DNA of 64,000 nt from Octopus sinensis (GCF_006345805.1 NC_043010.1:27528001-27592000); one strand, 5' to 3'; shown: positions 25,580 through 40,210, counted from the first letter of the stretch. The notes: generated by a model not told the origin, from the letters alone. Numbers and translations are program-made.

Positions 25580-25742
25580 GACGGGCTTCTTTTTAGTTTC
25601 CGTCTACCAAATCCGCTCACAAGGATTGGTTCGGCCCAAGGCTATAGTAGAAAACATTTGCGCAAGGTGCCACGCAATGGGGCTGAACCTGAAACCATAT
25701 GGTTGGTAAACAAGCTGCTTGCCACACAGCCACTCCTGCGCC
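25578..25742 (-). mobile_element. SINE family B 5' half
   Basis: Reverse complement of 3990-4154. Confidence 0.8.
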
Positions 25743-25974
25743 GAAACAGACTGTTCTGTTTTTGTTTTTTTTTGTTGTTTTTTATAGGTGCTGAAATGTG
25801 TCTATTAAGAACAAATAAGATGATGATTTATTTTCGAAGCAGAGACGTCGTAAGAACAGCAGAAACAGTGAGTAAATTACCCTTAAAAAGCGGGGGAAAA
25901 TTTGTCAGCAGCACCCCAATGTTTCTGTGTCCTAACACCGTCTCTGCGTTCGAAAATAACTTATCTTATTTGTA

Positions 25975-26046
<72 letters not shown>

Positions 26047-26253
26047 TATATATATGCCTATATTACAATGTGTACAGCTGTGCATATTTGTAGAGAGTGT
26101 GTTGCATACGTATATGCATATACATTCATGTGCTGTTATTACTGACGAAACCACAAAGCTGTTCATAATGCCAATAATAATAACAATAATATCATTGGAA
26201 ATAACAGATTTCTAAATTTCTCTCTGAGACGGTTTTATGCAGGAGCAGCACGA

Positions 26254-26474
26254 TAAAGTGATAGTATGTTGTCAACTTAATATGACAGTCCCATGAAAGG
26301 GAAGAATGCTACTGTTGTTTAGCCCTAGGAAACACCGTTTCCTGTTGGACTTGACACATTTCCTGTGTTCTTATGTTTTCAAAGCGGAAACGGTGTTTCC
26401 TAGGGCTAAATAACAGTAGCATTCTTCCCTTTTATGGGACTGTCATATTAAGTTGACAACATGCTGTCACTTTA
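26254..26474. repeat. ~90 bp inverted repeat (MITE or fold-back)
   Basis: gttgtcaacttaatatgacagtccc...aaacaccgtttcc versus ggaaacggtgttt...gggactgtcatattaagttgacaac. Confidence 0.85.
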
Positions 26475-26747
26475 ATAATATCATTGTTGAATTGAAAATG
26501 GCTAGTATCAATAAGCTTTGCAAAACAGCTTTTTCAACTGATCCCATAAGAACACTTTTGCGTTTCATTCAGCATCTTCAGGACATTCTTTTTTCAATTA
26601 AAGCACCATTTTATCACATCGATCGATATGGTTATTCAAAGATCTATTTCCAACAACAGATTTCGTAAGAAGTTATTACCAGGGCAATTCTCACATCAAT
26701 TTCTCTGCTCTTTACACACACACACACACTCCTATATGTATATATAT

Positions 26748-26792
<45 letters not shown>

Positions 26793-26803
26793 ATAAGTAT
26801 ATG

Positions 26804-26838
<35 letters not shown>

Positions 26839-27277
26839 TGTGCGTGTATGTGTGTGTGTGCGTATATATATATATATATATATATGGCGGTGCCCCAGCA
26901 TGGCCACAGCTCAAGAGCTGATATATAAGCATATATATAGTTGTGTACAATAAACAGATTTCGAAGCGCTCGTCTATATTCGGGCGCAGAAACCCTTTCG
27001 CTACGTGACGAAAATAATCAACAAAGAAAATATATATATTCTATATAATATGCATCTATATAAATGTATTATATATATATAAATTATATATATATATATA
27101 ATATAATATATATATATATTATAGATATGCATATACATAACTTATATAAATACACAATACATATAATATATATACTATATACATATATATATATATACTT
27201 ACATATATATATTATATATATAATAATATTTACATATATATATATACATGCATATATATATACATACATATATATTA

Positions 27278-27324
<47 letters not shown>

Positions 27325-28181
27325 TATGTATACATGTTATGCATATATATTACATTCATCTATATATGCACATGCATGTGTTGCACACATGCATGTATGC
27401 ATGCATAGATATATGCATATATATATGTGTGTATCTTGTATCTATGAAAGTACACATACCTATCTCTCTGTGTGCGTGTGTGTACGTGCGTGGTGCGCAA
27501 GCATGACAGCCAATACGATTCCTCGTTATTTCGCTCGTTCGCAGAAAGTTTGGTACGATATCATGAGTATCAGCAGAACGCCAAAATGCCAACGTTTCTT
27601 AATCGACTCTCAAGATTTATTACATTTTTCAAGCAACTCAGTCGATAAATTGATTTCATCTACTTGAAATCTAAACAGACCATGTTTACAGACTCACTTC
27701 CACATCTGCGTTGATCGGAACTGAACTCTAAATATAAATACAAACTCTCAAAACCAATACTTCATTTTAACGCAATCCTTGAGAATTCCTTCCGAACATA
27801 ATGGCTGTGTAATAGCGATGTCAGCGTTTGACAAGACAAACGCCATCGCTGCCTACTTGGTTTAGGCATGTACGGTTCTGTATGACATCCATTTATCATC
27901 CATACACAAAGCTTTACGAATGCATATATACGTGTATGTATGCATGTGTCTATGCATGTTTCTATGTATGCATGACCGTGTGTACATATGTATGGCTTTA
28001 TGTATATATGTAGGTACGTATGTATGTATGAACGGATGGATGGATGAAGGGAGGGAGAGAAGGAGGGAAGAATTTAAGATTGGATGTCAGGATGGAAGAA
28101 TGAATTGATGGGGTGCGTAAGTATATATGTACATCTATGTACGTATGTATGTATGTATATATGCGCGTGTATATATGTAGA

Positions 28182-28587
28182 CTAGCACTAACACCCGGCG
28201 TTGCCGGGTTTAGTGCTAGTGCTTGTTCGTTGCCGGGTCGCAGTAAAAATTTCTCACTAAATCAAGAACTAAGTTTCTTATCGCATTTCAGCCCGGGCCA
28301 GTTTTGTTGTTTATGATCTAGTTGGAGCTTTTTATGAGAGTAATTAATATACATTGGATTTCGGCATCACCATTATTCCCATAAATTATGGGCATAAGGG
28401 GTCGGTTTATCGATTTGTTAATGGCTTTCTGGGGTGACTGGGGAAATGAAAAGATCTTCACGACCACCCTCAGACAGTTTTGAAAGCCCATAGAAAATGC
28501 GAGTCTTTTACGTGAAAAACTGGATTTGTATAAAGGACACGCAGACACACAGATACACAGAAATTTTGCCGTTTATAGATATAGAGA
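28182..28587 (-). mobile_element. Non-autonomous Helitron
   Basis: Minus strand starts TC(TCTATATCTATAAA) after an A and ends with the hairpin cccggcaacgccggg plus CTAG before a T. Termini resemble those of 47200-51520. Confidence 0.85.
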
Positions 28588-29081
28588 TTATATATACGTG
28601 TGTATGCGTAAATATATGAATGTTTATATTTATGTACTTATGTACGTATATATATTTGTGTTTGCGTGTATGTATGTATGTATGTATGTATGTATGTATG
28701 TATGTATGCATGAATGTATGTATGTATGTATGTATGTATGTATGTATGTATGTATGTATGTATGTATGTATGTATGTATTATTCATGTATGCAAGCTTGT
28801 ATATATGCATGAAGGTAGACAGGTACGGACGTTTGCATGAATATATCCGGGTGCTCAACGGTACAGGAATTCCTAGAGCTAAAGAAGAAAATGTGTGTAT
28901 GCACCCACATGGTTAAGTGTATTAATATAAATAGATCTCTTTATATAATACTCTAATATATTTTCAACATCATTTGTATGGTGGGGTGTAACAAAAATAC
29001 GTATTCAGAAAATCACATCTTTATTGTAGAATTCACCTTATAAAGCCGACAATTGTTACTCGCGTCTGATTGTTGGATATA

Positions 29082-30340
29082 TCAGATTTAGTAAAAAGTA
29101 AGCAAAGATTTGAACCATGAAGAACTTGTACCGGATTTTTGCAGAGTTTTGAATTTTTTTAAGCATTTTTTTTCTTTTGCAATTGTCTGATAATACAGAC
29201 ATAGACTTGCGCAAATGCATCAATAAATTAACATTGATATTTTTTCATCGTTGTTACAATCATCTGAAATGGAACTGTCAAGGCGCGATATTCGAGCAAT
29301 TTTGCTATTTAATTTCAAAAAGGGGCGTAAAGTAGCTGAAACTGCGCGCGACATCAACGAAATGCTTGGTGAGGAAATGAACAGTGAGTGGTCAGCTCGA
29401 AAATGGCTTATACGATTTCGCAGTGGAGATCTGAGCCTTGAAGATCGTGAGTGTAGTGGACATCCATCTGTCGTCGATGACAGTCAATTAAAGACCGTCA
29501 TTGAGAAAGATCCACGTAAAACCACTCGAGAACTGGCAAAAGTACTTCACATTAGCCAGAAAACTGCCTGCAACCATTTCCATGCGATCGGAAAATTAAA
29601 AACCTCGACAAATGGATACCACACGATTTAAATGAAAATCAGAAAATGCGCAGATATGAAATTTGCTCGTCGCTTCTTCTCCGAAACCAGACCGATCCAT
29701 TTCTTGACCGTATTGTAACTTGTGATGAAAAGTGGAATTCTGTACAATAATAAAACATTCTTCGTAGTGGTTGGACCAAAATGAAAACCCGAAAACTTTC
29801 CCTAAACCTGATCTCTTCAAAAAGAAGCCTATGGTGACTGTTTGGTAGTGTACTGCTGGACTCATCCACTATAACTTCTTAAAACCCGGAAAACCATTAC
29901 TGCAGAAACATATTGCCATGAAATCGCAAAAATGAACTGGTCAAAAGAAGAGGGCCAATCATTCTTCATGACAATGGTTGACCACACGTTTTACTAACAC
30001 CGCTGCAGAAGTTGAGAAAACTTGGCTACGAAGTTCTTCCCCGCCCAGCTTATCCCTAGACCTTTCTCCTACCGACAACTACTTTTTCAAGCACCTTGAT
30101 GGTTTCCTGCGAGAGAGGGAGTTCAAAAATCAAACACCGATGCTGAAAGTGCGTTGAATGAGTTCATCAGCCCCAGAACTCCAGAGTTTTATGTTACCGG
30201 AATAAACAAACTTGTAACTCGTTGGCAAAATGTGTTGATTGTAATGGTAATTACTTTGATGAATAAACTTTCTGCATTGTTGAAATATATTGTGATGAAT
30301 TTCATGTTTTAAAACGTCACTTACTTTTTACTCAGTTACG
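29082..30340 (+). mobile_element. Mariner DNA transposon, decayed, ~1.26 kb
   Basis: TIR cores agtaaaaagtaag (29090) and cttactttttact (30320) flank a transposase pseudogene. Confidence 0.88.
29269..30266 (+). pseudogene. Mariner DD34D transposase (frameshifts and stops)
   Basis: HTH region IRAILLFNFKKG...RFRSGDLSLED; FLDRIVTCDEKW; LHDN; PAY.PDLSPTD.YFF; RWQ.CVDCNGNYFDE*. Confidence 0.9.
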
Positions 30341-30379
30341 AAATTCGTTTAAAACTGGCTGCTTTACTGAGATCTGCCA

Positions 30380-30432
<53 letters not shown>

Positions 30433-30462
30433 TATATATATATAGATATATGTAGTATGATG

Positions 30463-30551
<89 letters not shown>

Positions 30552-30574
30552 AAAGATAAAGCGATACAATAAAA

Positions 30575-30613
<39 letters not shown>

Positions 30614-31458
30614 GAGAGAGAGAGAGAAAGAGATGGAGAGAGACATACATACAAACATGCATACATACATGCATAAACATATATAAGCATGCATTTTTAT
30701 ATGTGTATATATTTATATATGTACGTATGTATATAAATGTATGTATGTACAGCAAGAGCGACAGTGAGAGAGAGAGAAACATAAAGAGAGATAGAGATAA
30801 ATCAGAGGATTAGGTAAATTTTGTTCTCATTGCAAGCTTCCAATCATACAGTGTAGGAGAGAGAAGACGAAAGTAAAGCTTAAAAGCCATATTAACAGAA
30901 GGGAACCGAAACAGGATAACAGGTATCAATCAAAAAAGGTGTTGAAAATGTCGTCCACCTCCTTCTGTATTAACACCATTTAAACAACGTAATTACATGA
31001 CACCGTATGCACAAGAGTAATCATGTAACACCACAAAGCAGACAGGCTATTAACATTATAGCAATAGGCAGAGCAATAAACTTTCCAAGACAGCAGCAGC
31101 CGTAGCGGATGATAACCTGAAAATATCAATTTCTATGCGACGTCTTTGTTTCACAAGCCACGCCATTTTCTATTATATATTTATTGCATATACATATGTG
31201 TGTGTGTGTGGTGTGTGTTGTGTGGTGTGTGTGTGTTTGTGTGTGTGTATGTATATTATATAATATATATATATATATAATATATTATATATATATATAT
31301 ATAATATATGTGTGTGTATATATAAGTATATGTGTATGTGTGCGTGTGTGTATATATATATATTTATGTATTTATGTTTGTATTTATGTGTACATTACTT
31401 ATGTATGTATGTATGTATGATGTATGTATGTATGTATGTATGTATGTATGTATGTATG

Positions 31459-31491
<33 letters not shown>

Positions 31492-31654
31492 GTGTAATTT
31501 AGATGAAGAAAGGCCATAGGCTATTCTACTTGTGAGACTCTTCCCAAAGGATTTACGATCGTATCAAAACCATTCAGCACCTTGACAGGAATCGTCCTTA
31601 ATTTTGAGGGGCCCTGGGCACTGCTAACCATATGCAAACATATATGCACACATA

Positions 31655-31685
<31 letters not shown>

Positions 31686-31849
31686 GCGCGCGCATACACA
31701 TATCATATGCATTTGTGTGGCATGTTTAGAAGTGGAAACACAAGGTATAGTCTATTCAAACTTCTAAAGCTGAACCCTCCTGATTTCGTGCGATCACGCG
31801 GGTGAGAAGTGTCTAAATGAAGAAAAGTGTAAAACGTTGCTAATGCTTG

Positions 31850-32072
31850 AATGGATATGCCCATAACTTATGGGTATAAGGGATCGGTTTATCGATTTTT
31901 TAATGGCATTCTGGGGTGACTGGGAAAATGAAAAGATCTTCATGACCACCCTTAGACAGTTTTGAAAGCCCAAAGAAAAGTGTGAGCTTTTTACGTGAAA
32001 AACTGTGGATTTGTATAAAGGACACATAGACACACAGATACACAGACATTTTGCCGTTTATAGATATAGAGA
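31850..32072 (-). mobile_element. Second, 3'-truncated copy of the non-autonomous Helitron
   Basis: Homologous to 28375-28587. Confidence 0.8.
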
Positions 32073-32074
32073 TG

Positions 32075-32255
32075 GCCTGAAATTTTGTGGGAGGGAGCTA
32101 GTCTATTACATTGACCCTAGTATTTCACTGATACTTATTTTATCAACCCCGTAATTTGACCACGGTGGTATTTGACCCTACAATGTAAAGCCTGATGAAA
32201 TACCGCTCTCTATTCTCTCCGAACAGTTAACGATTCTGCCAGCTCGCCGCCTTAA
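32075..32255 (-). mobile_element. SINE family A
   Basis: aacgattctgccagctcgccgcct head on the minus strand. Confidence 0.7.
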
Positions 32256-32399
32256 GGGGCGATAATAATAATGATAATTCATAGAGCGTAGTTAATGTCT
32301 CTGGTTCAAAATTTTGGATGGTCAAGGAACACCACTCTGATGAAAACATACAGGGTTATCTCTTGTAACATGAAATGTTTCCTTTATTTGTAATCACTC

Positions 32400-32720
32400 A
32401 GCAAAATTCTGTATCTGTTTATCGCCCGTTGTAGTTGAAACGAGATACAAAAATGTCTACGATTGGCATGCCGGGCACCTTTTAACTCTACTGGCGTAGG
32501 ATGTGCAGATCTATTATACTCCAAAAAATATCCTTGGGTTTACAGACATAACTCGAAAGAGGTGGTGTCGAATATAATCCTTGATCTCAAGGAGTTTGTG
32601 TGCTAGTTGAGTCTGTCTTTAATGGAGTACGCAGTGAGTCCAGAATAAGTTTTTGAATAACATTCTCTGTGGCTCTTTATATCATCGCTATCAAGAGCCA
32701 TGGTCCATTGAGCACGTTTA
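32400..32720 (-). pseudogene. Degenerate Penelope GIY-YIG endonuclease fragment
   Basis: TYSGLTAYSIKDRLN*HTNSL...LSSYV...FWSIID...KRCPAC, similar to the 61230-61460 peptide. Confidence 0.55.
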
Positions 32721-32939
32721 TAGTTCTGAGTGGATCTACCTTTAATAATTAAGAGTTAGAGTGTGGGTGAGAAGTTAGTGAGTACACTCACAACAGCAAG
32801 TTTATAAAGGGGAGCAAATCAACAAAATCACCAGTGCAGTGTTCTTTTGAATGCTTGCGGATGCGAGTGCATATAAAATATGGATTCATATATATTAATA
32901 AATATTAATTACTTAATTCTTAAGTATCATTTCGCATGC

Positions 32940-33845
32940 ATTATCTACCAATGTAGGGACGATACAACCTCGAGACAACGAATAAGTAAAGAAACTCTCT
33001 TTATTACAAAATACAGGCCACTTCTTAACGGGTCTACGACAAACGATTAATATACCTCAACTTTAGAATAAAAGAAATATACACACACAAATATTACATT
33101 CCAAAGAATCTATTACAAATCAGCCCCAATCACAGCTATAATCCATAACATGCCAACTTCAAGTCATACAACACCTCACTACTTTCACCCATTCATATTC
33201 TCCCTTCTCTGTTTTCTTCTTCTTCTTCCTCCTCTTCTTCTTCATCATCGTCATTATCAACATCATCGTCGTCATCATCATCACCATCATCATCATCATC
33301 TTCTTCTTCTCCTTCTCCTTCTTCTTCTTCATCATCATCATCATCAACATCGTCATCTTCTTCTTCTTCTTCTTCTTCTTCTTCTTCTTCTTCTTCTTCT
33401 TCTTCTTCTTCTTCTCCACCTTCTACCTCTTAACTTTATCACTAATGCCCTCTAGTATAACACCTACGCAAATTCCATAAACCAACCTTTCAATAGAAAT
33501 ATTCTCCTGAATTGAACTGCAACTGACCATTCAAAATACGACAATCAAGGCACTCCCAAATTTCTCCACCCCTTCTCCTCATCATCCCTTTTCTCCTTCT
33601 ACCCTACCAAGAATTCACAACGACCTCGAACACACAAGTGCAAACAAGGGAGTCAGAGAAAGGCAGAATGCCACTAAAATTTGAAAACTATACAAATATT
33701 CCTTTAAAAAAACTTTTCTTCTAATTTTTCTAAATTTAATTATTTAATCGTTACAGTTGAAAAGGTCTCAAAATGACCGAAACCGGTACTGAAATGTTCT
33801 TTATAAAATTATTTTAGCATTTTCTATTTTGACTTGTTTTTTCAT
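32940..33845 (+). mobile_element. Penelope-like element 3' end (GIY-YIG terminus plus pLTR)
   Basis: QRISKETLFITKYRPLLN, then a UTR with a hammerhead ending in (TA)n. Confidence 0.6.
33751..33794 (+). ncRNA. Minimal hammerhead, U3:A8 variant
   Basis: ttacag-TTGAAAA-GGTC(tcaaaat)GACC-GAAA-CCGG-TA|ctgaaa. Confidence 0.72.
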
Positions 33846-33872
33846 ATATATATATATATACATAACGTATGG

Positions 33873-33951
<79 letters not shown>

Positions 33952-34628
33952 CAGATAGATAGATAGTAGTTAGATACATACATACATAAATGTATGTATG
34001 CGTAAATATATATATATATACACACACATATATTTATGAGTAAAATAGCTAGATGTAAAATTTCACGAAGAGACGAGAGTAGCAGCTATACTAAACATAA
34101 ATACATGCGCTTGTGCGTGTACATATTTATATGTGTGTGTAACTTGAAATTCACTGTTCATATGTAGCCTTTCCTGACGAGTGAACTCGGCAAGAGGAAC
34201 ATTATTTAAACGAAGTAGGGAGACCAGCTGCTCCGGCTGTAGAATCTTGCACTCTTTTCTATGTGTTAAATTATATGACTTTAATATTTCTATCAGGATT
34301 TTTGTAATTGTTGTTGCATGTACTTTTAACTAATAATGAATAGTTTAATATGCTCTTTTCTGTCGACCACTTTGAGCTACGGAACTGCATTGGGTTGAAA
34401 TTCACAGGAAAACCATCTGCTGCTTTCCATTGTAATACTGTTCGCTTTTAGGCTGTACGTTATAGATGAGTATGTTTAACGGGGTGTTTGAGTCCGTATA
34501 CACACGCACACACACACTAACGCACACACACACACACACACACACATACACGCGCGCACACACAGACTCATATATATAAATATTTATATACATATATATA
34601 CGTAGATAGATATAAAAATATATGTATA

Positions 34629-34673
<45 letters not shown>

Positions 34674-35007
34674 ATACACATATATAGAAACACGTAAACA
34701 TACGTATATGTGTATCAGAATATTTCTTACTCCTTTTTCCTGCATGTGTGTGTGTGTATGGGAGCATTCGCATGGGGTCATACCTACATATGTTGAAATA
34801 TAGACATACTCATATATACAAACATACGCCTCCACTCACATATGCATACTTGCATACATATGTAAAAAGATTGACAGACAGACAAACAGACCGACAGACA
34901 AACAGTCAGAAAGACAGAGACAGACAGACAGACAAACGGACAGACGTATAGATAGACAAACAGAGTGACGGACAAACAAAAAGGTAGACAAACAGACAGA
35001 CAGACAC

Positions 35008-35098
<91 letters not shown>

Positions 35099-35099
35099 T

Positions 35100-35932
35100 G
35101 TTTCTTTATTAGCCACACAGGGCTGCACACAGACGGGACAAATTACAAGGTAGAGCTTTTCTTTTTGGGGATAAAAAAAGGGGGTTTGGTTTTCGATCAA
35201 AAGGGGGTCGTAAAAGGAAAGAGAGAGGAAAGCAAAAAAAGGAGGGGATAAAAAGTGAAAAGAAAAGAAAAAATCGATAAATAGGGATCGTTATCACAGA
35301 AATGTCAATATAAAGTGTAAAGGGGGGGACAGGTGAGGTTTACCCGTTAAAAGAAAAGCCTATGGAAAAGACCACGGTAACCTCGGTCAAGCAACTCTCT
35401 GTATTAATTTTTACGGTTCATAGGATCATAGTCAAGGTGGCTTCGTCATTCATACGTGCCATCCTTGCTACATTCACCCATCTTTTTTTAAAACATTCAC
35501 TAGACAAAACTTGCCTCTCTACTCTCACTTTCCTTTTCAAGTGATACTCGAAGAAGTTGATGAGAGATTGACCAGAGAGGAAAGTGTTTGTCTCTAATCC
35601 TTTCAGGTGCGTCCACCAAATACATTCTTTCGCCATAGCCACAAGTATGATAAAAATAGCTCTTCCTTCCCGTTTGAAGGAAAGAGGCGTGACCATATTA
35701 ACGATAGACTCGTCTGATAAACCGACACGTCCCACACGTGACAACAGTCGTTCAACATAAGCCCACAGGTCGGAGATTGTTGGACACTGCACGATTGCGT
35801 GCAGAACGGTTTCGTCGCTCTACCCGCATCTCGGGCAGGTCGGCCCCGTGTTTCCCGAGCCGTGTCTGTAGAGCTTATCCCGAACGGGTATCGCTTCTCG
35901 GTAGCACTGCCAGGCCAGGGATCTCTGGAAGT
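35100..35932 (-). mobile_element. Tx1/L1-clade LINE 3' fragment
   Basis: ETVLHAIVQCP zinc knuckle and FKKRW C-terminus; 3' UTR ends aataaagaaa at (TATC)n. Confidence 0.85.
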
Positions 35933-36170
35933 TTCTTTATTAGCCAGACATGGCCGAACACAGAGGGGACAAAATACAATGTAGAGTTTTTCTTTTTGAA
36001 AATAGACAAAAAAGGAGAAAATAAATTTCTAATCAAAAGGGATCGAGTTAAAAAGAAGCGATCAAAAGGGATCGTGCATCACAGAAAATATCGTAAATGT
36101 TAAAAAAAAACAGATTAGGTTTATCTGTGTAAAAGACCCTGGTAACATCAGGCAGGGAGGGAAAATCACA
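35933..36170 (-). mobile_element. Additional Tx1 3' UTR fragment
   Basis: Homologous to 35100-35390. Confidence 0.7.
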
Positions 36171-36179
36171 TGAGAGCAA

Positions 36180-38209
36180 AGTGCTAGGTCTTAGCAAAAT
36201 GGTTGGCGCGGGTCGTGGGTGAACTTGTTGGCGAGGCGCAAACTTGCGCCATCCCTGAAAGGACCATCCACGACAATCTCCACTTTCTACGCTATGCCTT
36301 AGAAAAGGTAAATAGGATTCCTGTTAAGGGTGGGGCTATGGTCCATTTGGACCAATCGAAAGCTTTCGATAGGGTAGACCATCAGTATCTGGAGGTGGTC
36401 CTCGCGGCGGCTGGCTTCGGCCCGACCTTCCGCGGATGGATCAACGCTTTATACAGCAACATCGAATCGGTAGTTCGGGTGAACGGTTTCTTTTCGGAGC
36501 CGTTCCGCATTGAGCGTTCGGTACGTCAAGGGTGTCCTCTCTCCCCGCTTCTCTACGTTTTGGCCCTCGAGTCATTGCTGAGGAGGTTGGAAGCTATGAG
36601 GGGCGCTCCGCAAGATCTAGGGTGCGGAAAGTCAGCTTCGGCGTATGCGGACGACATCACCGTCATCGTATCCCGGGTCGAGCACCTACAGTGGGTGGGT
36701 GAGACCTTCAGCGATTACGAAGCGGTGGCAGGAGTGAAAGTCAACCGGGATAAATCGGTCGGCTTGCAACTCGGTACCTGAAGGGGCAAGTCGATGCCTT
36801 CCGACAGCGCTGTAGAACGTTGGACGGAATGGTCGGTGAAAATGCTTAGAATCTGGTTAGGTCCAGATCTCCAGATAGAGAAGAATTGGAGTGAGGTGGC
36901 GAGAAAGGCAGCTCTCCTAACTCAGACCTGGTCTGACCGGAAGCTTTCCTTGAAAGGGAGGGCAGAGGTTGCAGAGGTGTTTATCGCCTCTGTAATCACT
37001 TACCGCCTGACCGTCGTGCCTTGCCCCGATTCATAGCTGAACAAGCTGGAACGCATGCTCTTTCGCTTTTTGTGGAGGGGCAGCAGACCTCTTGTAAGGC
37101 GCTTTATCTGTTGCCAAAGGCCGCTGAAGGGTGGGTTAGGGATGCCGTGGCTAAAAATGCGCAGGCATGCGCTCAGGCTTAGGCACCTCTGGCTTTACCT
37201 GGACGGTGAGCAGGTGTGGTCTCCGTTCGTCAGGCTGTTATTTCCACAGTTCACATCGTTTACCAAACTGAACCCATGGATCAAGTGTAGACCGAGGTTG
37301 GGCGTGTGGCATGAAGAGTGCCATCAGGCACTCGTGCTTCTCTCCCAGTCGGGCAACGCCGGTGGTTGGGTACTACCTCATTCTTCTATAGAGGGTTAGA
37401 AGAGTTTAAGTGTGGCGACGTCCTGAGAGAAACCCTAGGCTTCGACGAACATCAACTGGCCAGCCTGTTCCAAAGAACATTCGAGCCGGGGCCTATGGAT
37501 AATTACCAAAAGTCCCTGGCCTGGCAATTTTACAGAGGAGCTTTACCGGTTCGAAATAAGCTCTTTAGACATGGGTGTGCACCTTCGTCGGTTTGTGCAA
37601 GATGTGAGAGGGACAGTGAAACTGTCCTGCACGCGATTGTGCAATGCCCCAAGGTGACTGAACTCAGGGCTTATGTCGAACACCTGCTGTCGCATTCAAG
37701 AAGAGTACAACTGTCGAGCGAATCTGTAATCAAGATCGTCCCGCCGACCTCCCTGAATAGGGAGGAGCGAGCCTGTTTTCTCTCGGAAGTAGTATGGAAG
37801 ACGAGAGTGAAAGGAATTGCAACAGGCATGTTCATCTCCAGTCTCGAGCTAATCGACTTTTTCGCTTCGCACATGATACGGAAAATAAGGCTGGAGAAGA
37901 AATGCCTGTCGCAAAGTGTGTTTCGTAAAAGATGGAAGTCTATAGCAAGTATGTTGCGAGTGAAAAAACGTGTTTAAACGAGAATATAAAAAAGGATAAA
38001 GCAAAGTCTTCAGTGTGAGTATGAGGTTTGTAGAGTCGACCGCGTCTTCCGCTTCATTTTTTGTAAATCACTCATTCTCATTTAATTGTATATATTTTAA
38101 TTGTTTGTTTATTCATACGTTTCGCCTCATTCGATACCCTGACCCCAATGTTTGTTTTGTCTGTCCTTGTATCGTCCCCTCCTTTTCTCAACCTTATGGT
38201 GAATAAAGA

Positions 38210-38212
<3 letters not shown>
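36180..38212 (+). mobile_element. 5'-truncated Tx1/L1-clade LINE (RT plus zinc knuckle; stops and frameshift)
   Basis: LDQSKAFDRV, SVRQGCPLSPLLY, AYADD, GGLG, CARC...ETVLHAIVQC; tail aataaagaaatt followed by (TC)n. Confidence 0.93.
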
Positions 38213-38887
<675 letters not shown>

Positions 38888-39118
38888 AATGACATACATA
38901 CATAGATTGACATATGTGTGTGTATGTGTATGCTTGAATATAAGCACATGCACACAAACATATACACATATACACATATATAAATATGTATATTGGTATA
39001 TAGAGATATAAACCCGTATATGCAAACGTACACTTATATATGCATATAGTCGTGTGCGCGCGCGCGTGTACGCAGGTATGTATGCCTGTATATATGTATG
39101 TCTATGTATATATATATA

Positions 39119-40210
39119 TATGCTAATGACCTTGCTCCTCTCTGCTGGTGACCTTTCTCTAATTGCTGAGTCACTATCAGAACTAGAGGAGAAGTTTCAA
39201 GTGTGGTAGAATCCAAGGGTCTTAGAATCAACCTAGCTAAAACCAAAGTCCTAATATGTAGGAAGGCAGGCAAACCACAAATCCCTTCAAGTAGATGGCC
39301 CTGCTCAATCTGTAGTAGAGGTGTAGGTAGAAACTCTATAAGATGTACCCAGTGTAAGCTATGGACACATAAGAGGTGCAGCAATATCAAAGGAAGGCTA
39401 ACTGGGAGGATAGTTTTTGTATGTGGCAGATGCTCAGGAGCAATAAACACTGAATATGTGCAGAGACCAACTTCCGCCACATTCCAGGGAGAAAAACTAG
39501 AAATAGTTGATAGCTTACGTTACCTAGGTGACCAAGTCAGTAGCGGAGGTGGGTGCGCTGAAAGTGTAGTTGCTAGAATAAGAATAGCCTGGGCAAAGTT
39601 CAGAGAGCTCTTACCTCTGCTGGCGACAAAGGGCCTCTCGTTCAGAGTAAGAGGTAGACTGTATGACGCTTGTGTACGAAGATCCATGCTACATGGCAGT
39701 GAAACACGGGCTGTGGCTGCTGAGGACATGCGTAAGCTCCGATGGATGTGTAATGTCAGTGTGCATACCCGACAGAGTGTAGGTACCTTGAGAGAAATGT
39801 TGGACCTAAGAAGCATCAGATGTGGTGTGCAAGAGAGACGACTGCGCTGGTATGGTCATGTGGCGAGAATGGAGGAAGATGGCTGGGTGAAAAAGTGCCA
39901 CACCCTAGCGGTTGAGGGAACCTGTGGAAGATGTAGACCCAGGAAGACCTGGGACGTGGTGGTGAAGCATGACCTTCGAACATTAGGCCTCACTGAAGAA
40001 ATGACTAGCAACCAAGACTTTTGGAGTGTGATCGTTACCAGCGTCGCCTTACTGGCACTTGTGTCCGTGCTAGTAGGGTGCCAAGAGCACAATCCGAGCG
40101 TGATCGTTGCCAGAGCCGATGGCACGTAAAAGGGCACCATTCGAGCGTGATCGTTACCGATGTCGCCTTACTGGCACCTGTGCCGGTGGCATGTGTAAAA
40201 AGATTCGAGC
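39119..40210 (+). mobile_element. 5'-truncated RTE-clade LINE with a PHD finger after the RT core
   Basis: YA(N)DL, GLRINLAKTKV, CSIC...C..C..WTHKRC...C.RC, YLG, RRLRWYGHVARM, RPRKTW; 3' UTR with gagcgtgatcgtt repeats. Confidence 0.88.

Noticed and set aside
32335-32382. CTGATGA...GAAATGTT
   Set aside because: Stem I does not close; probably chance.
40020-40210. CRISPR-like repeat-spacer pattern (gagcgtgatcgtt...)
   Set aside because: Degenerate tandem repeats in an RTE 3' UTR; the spacers are related to each other, there are no cas genes, and the context is eukaryotic.
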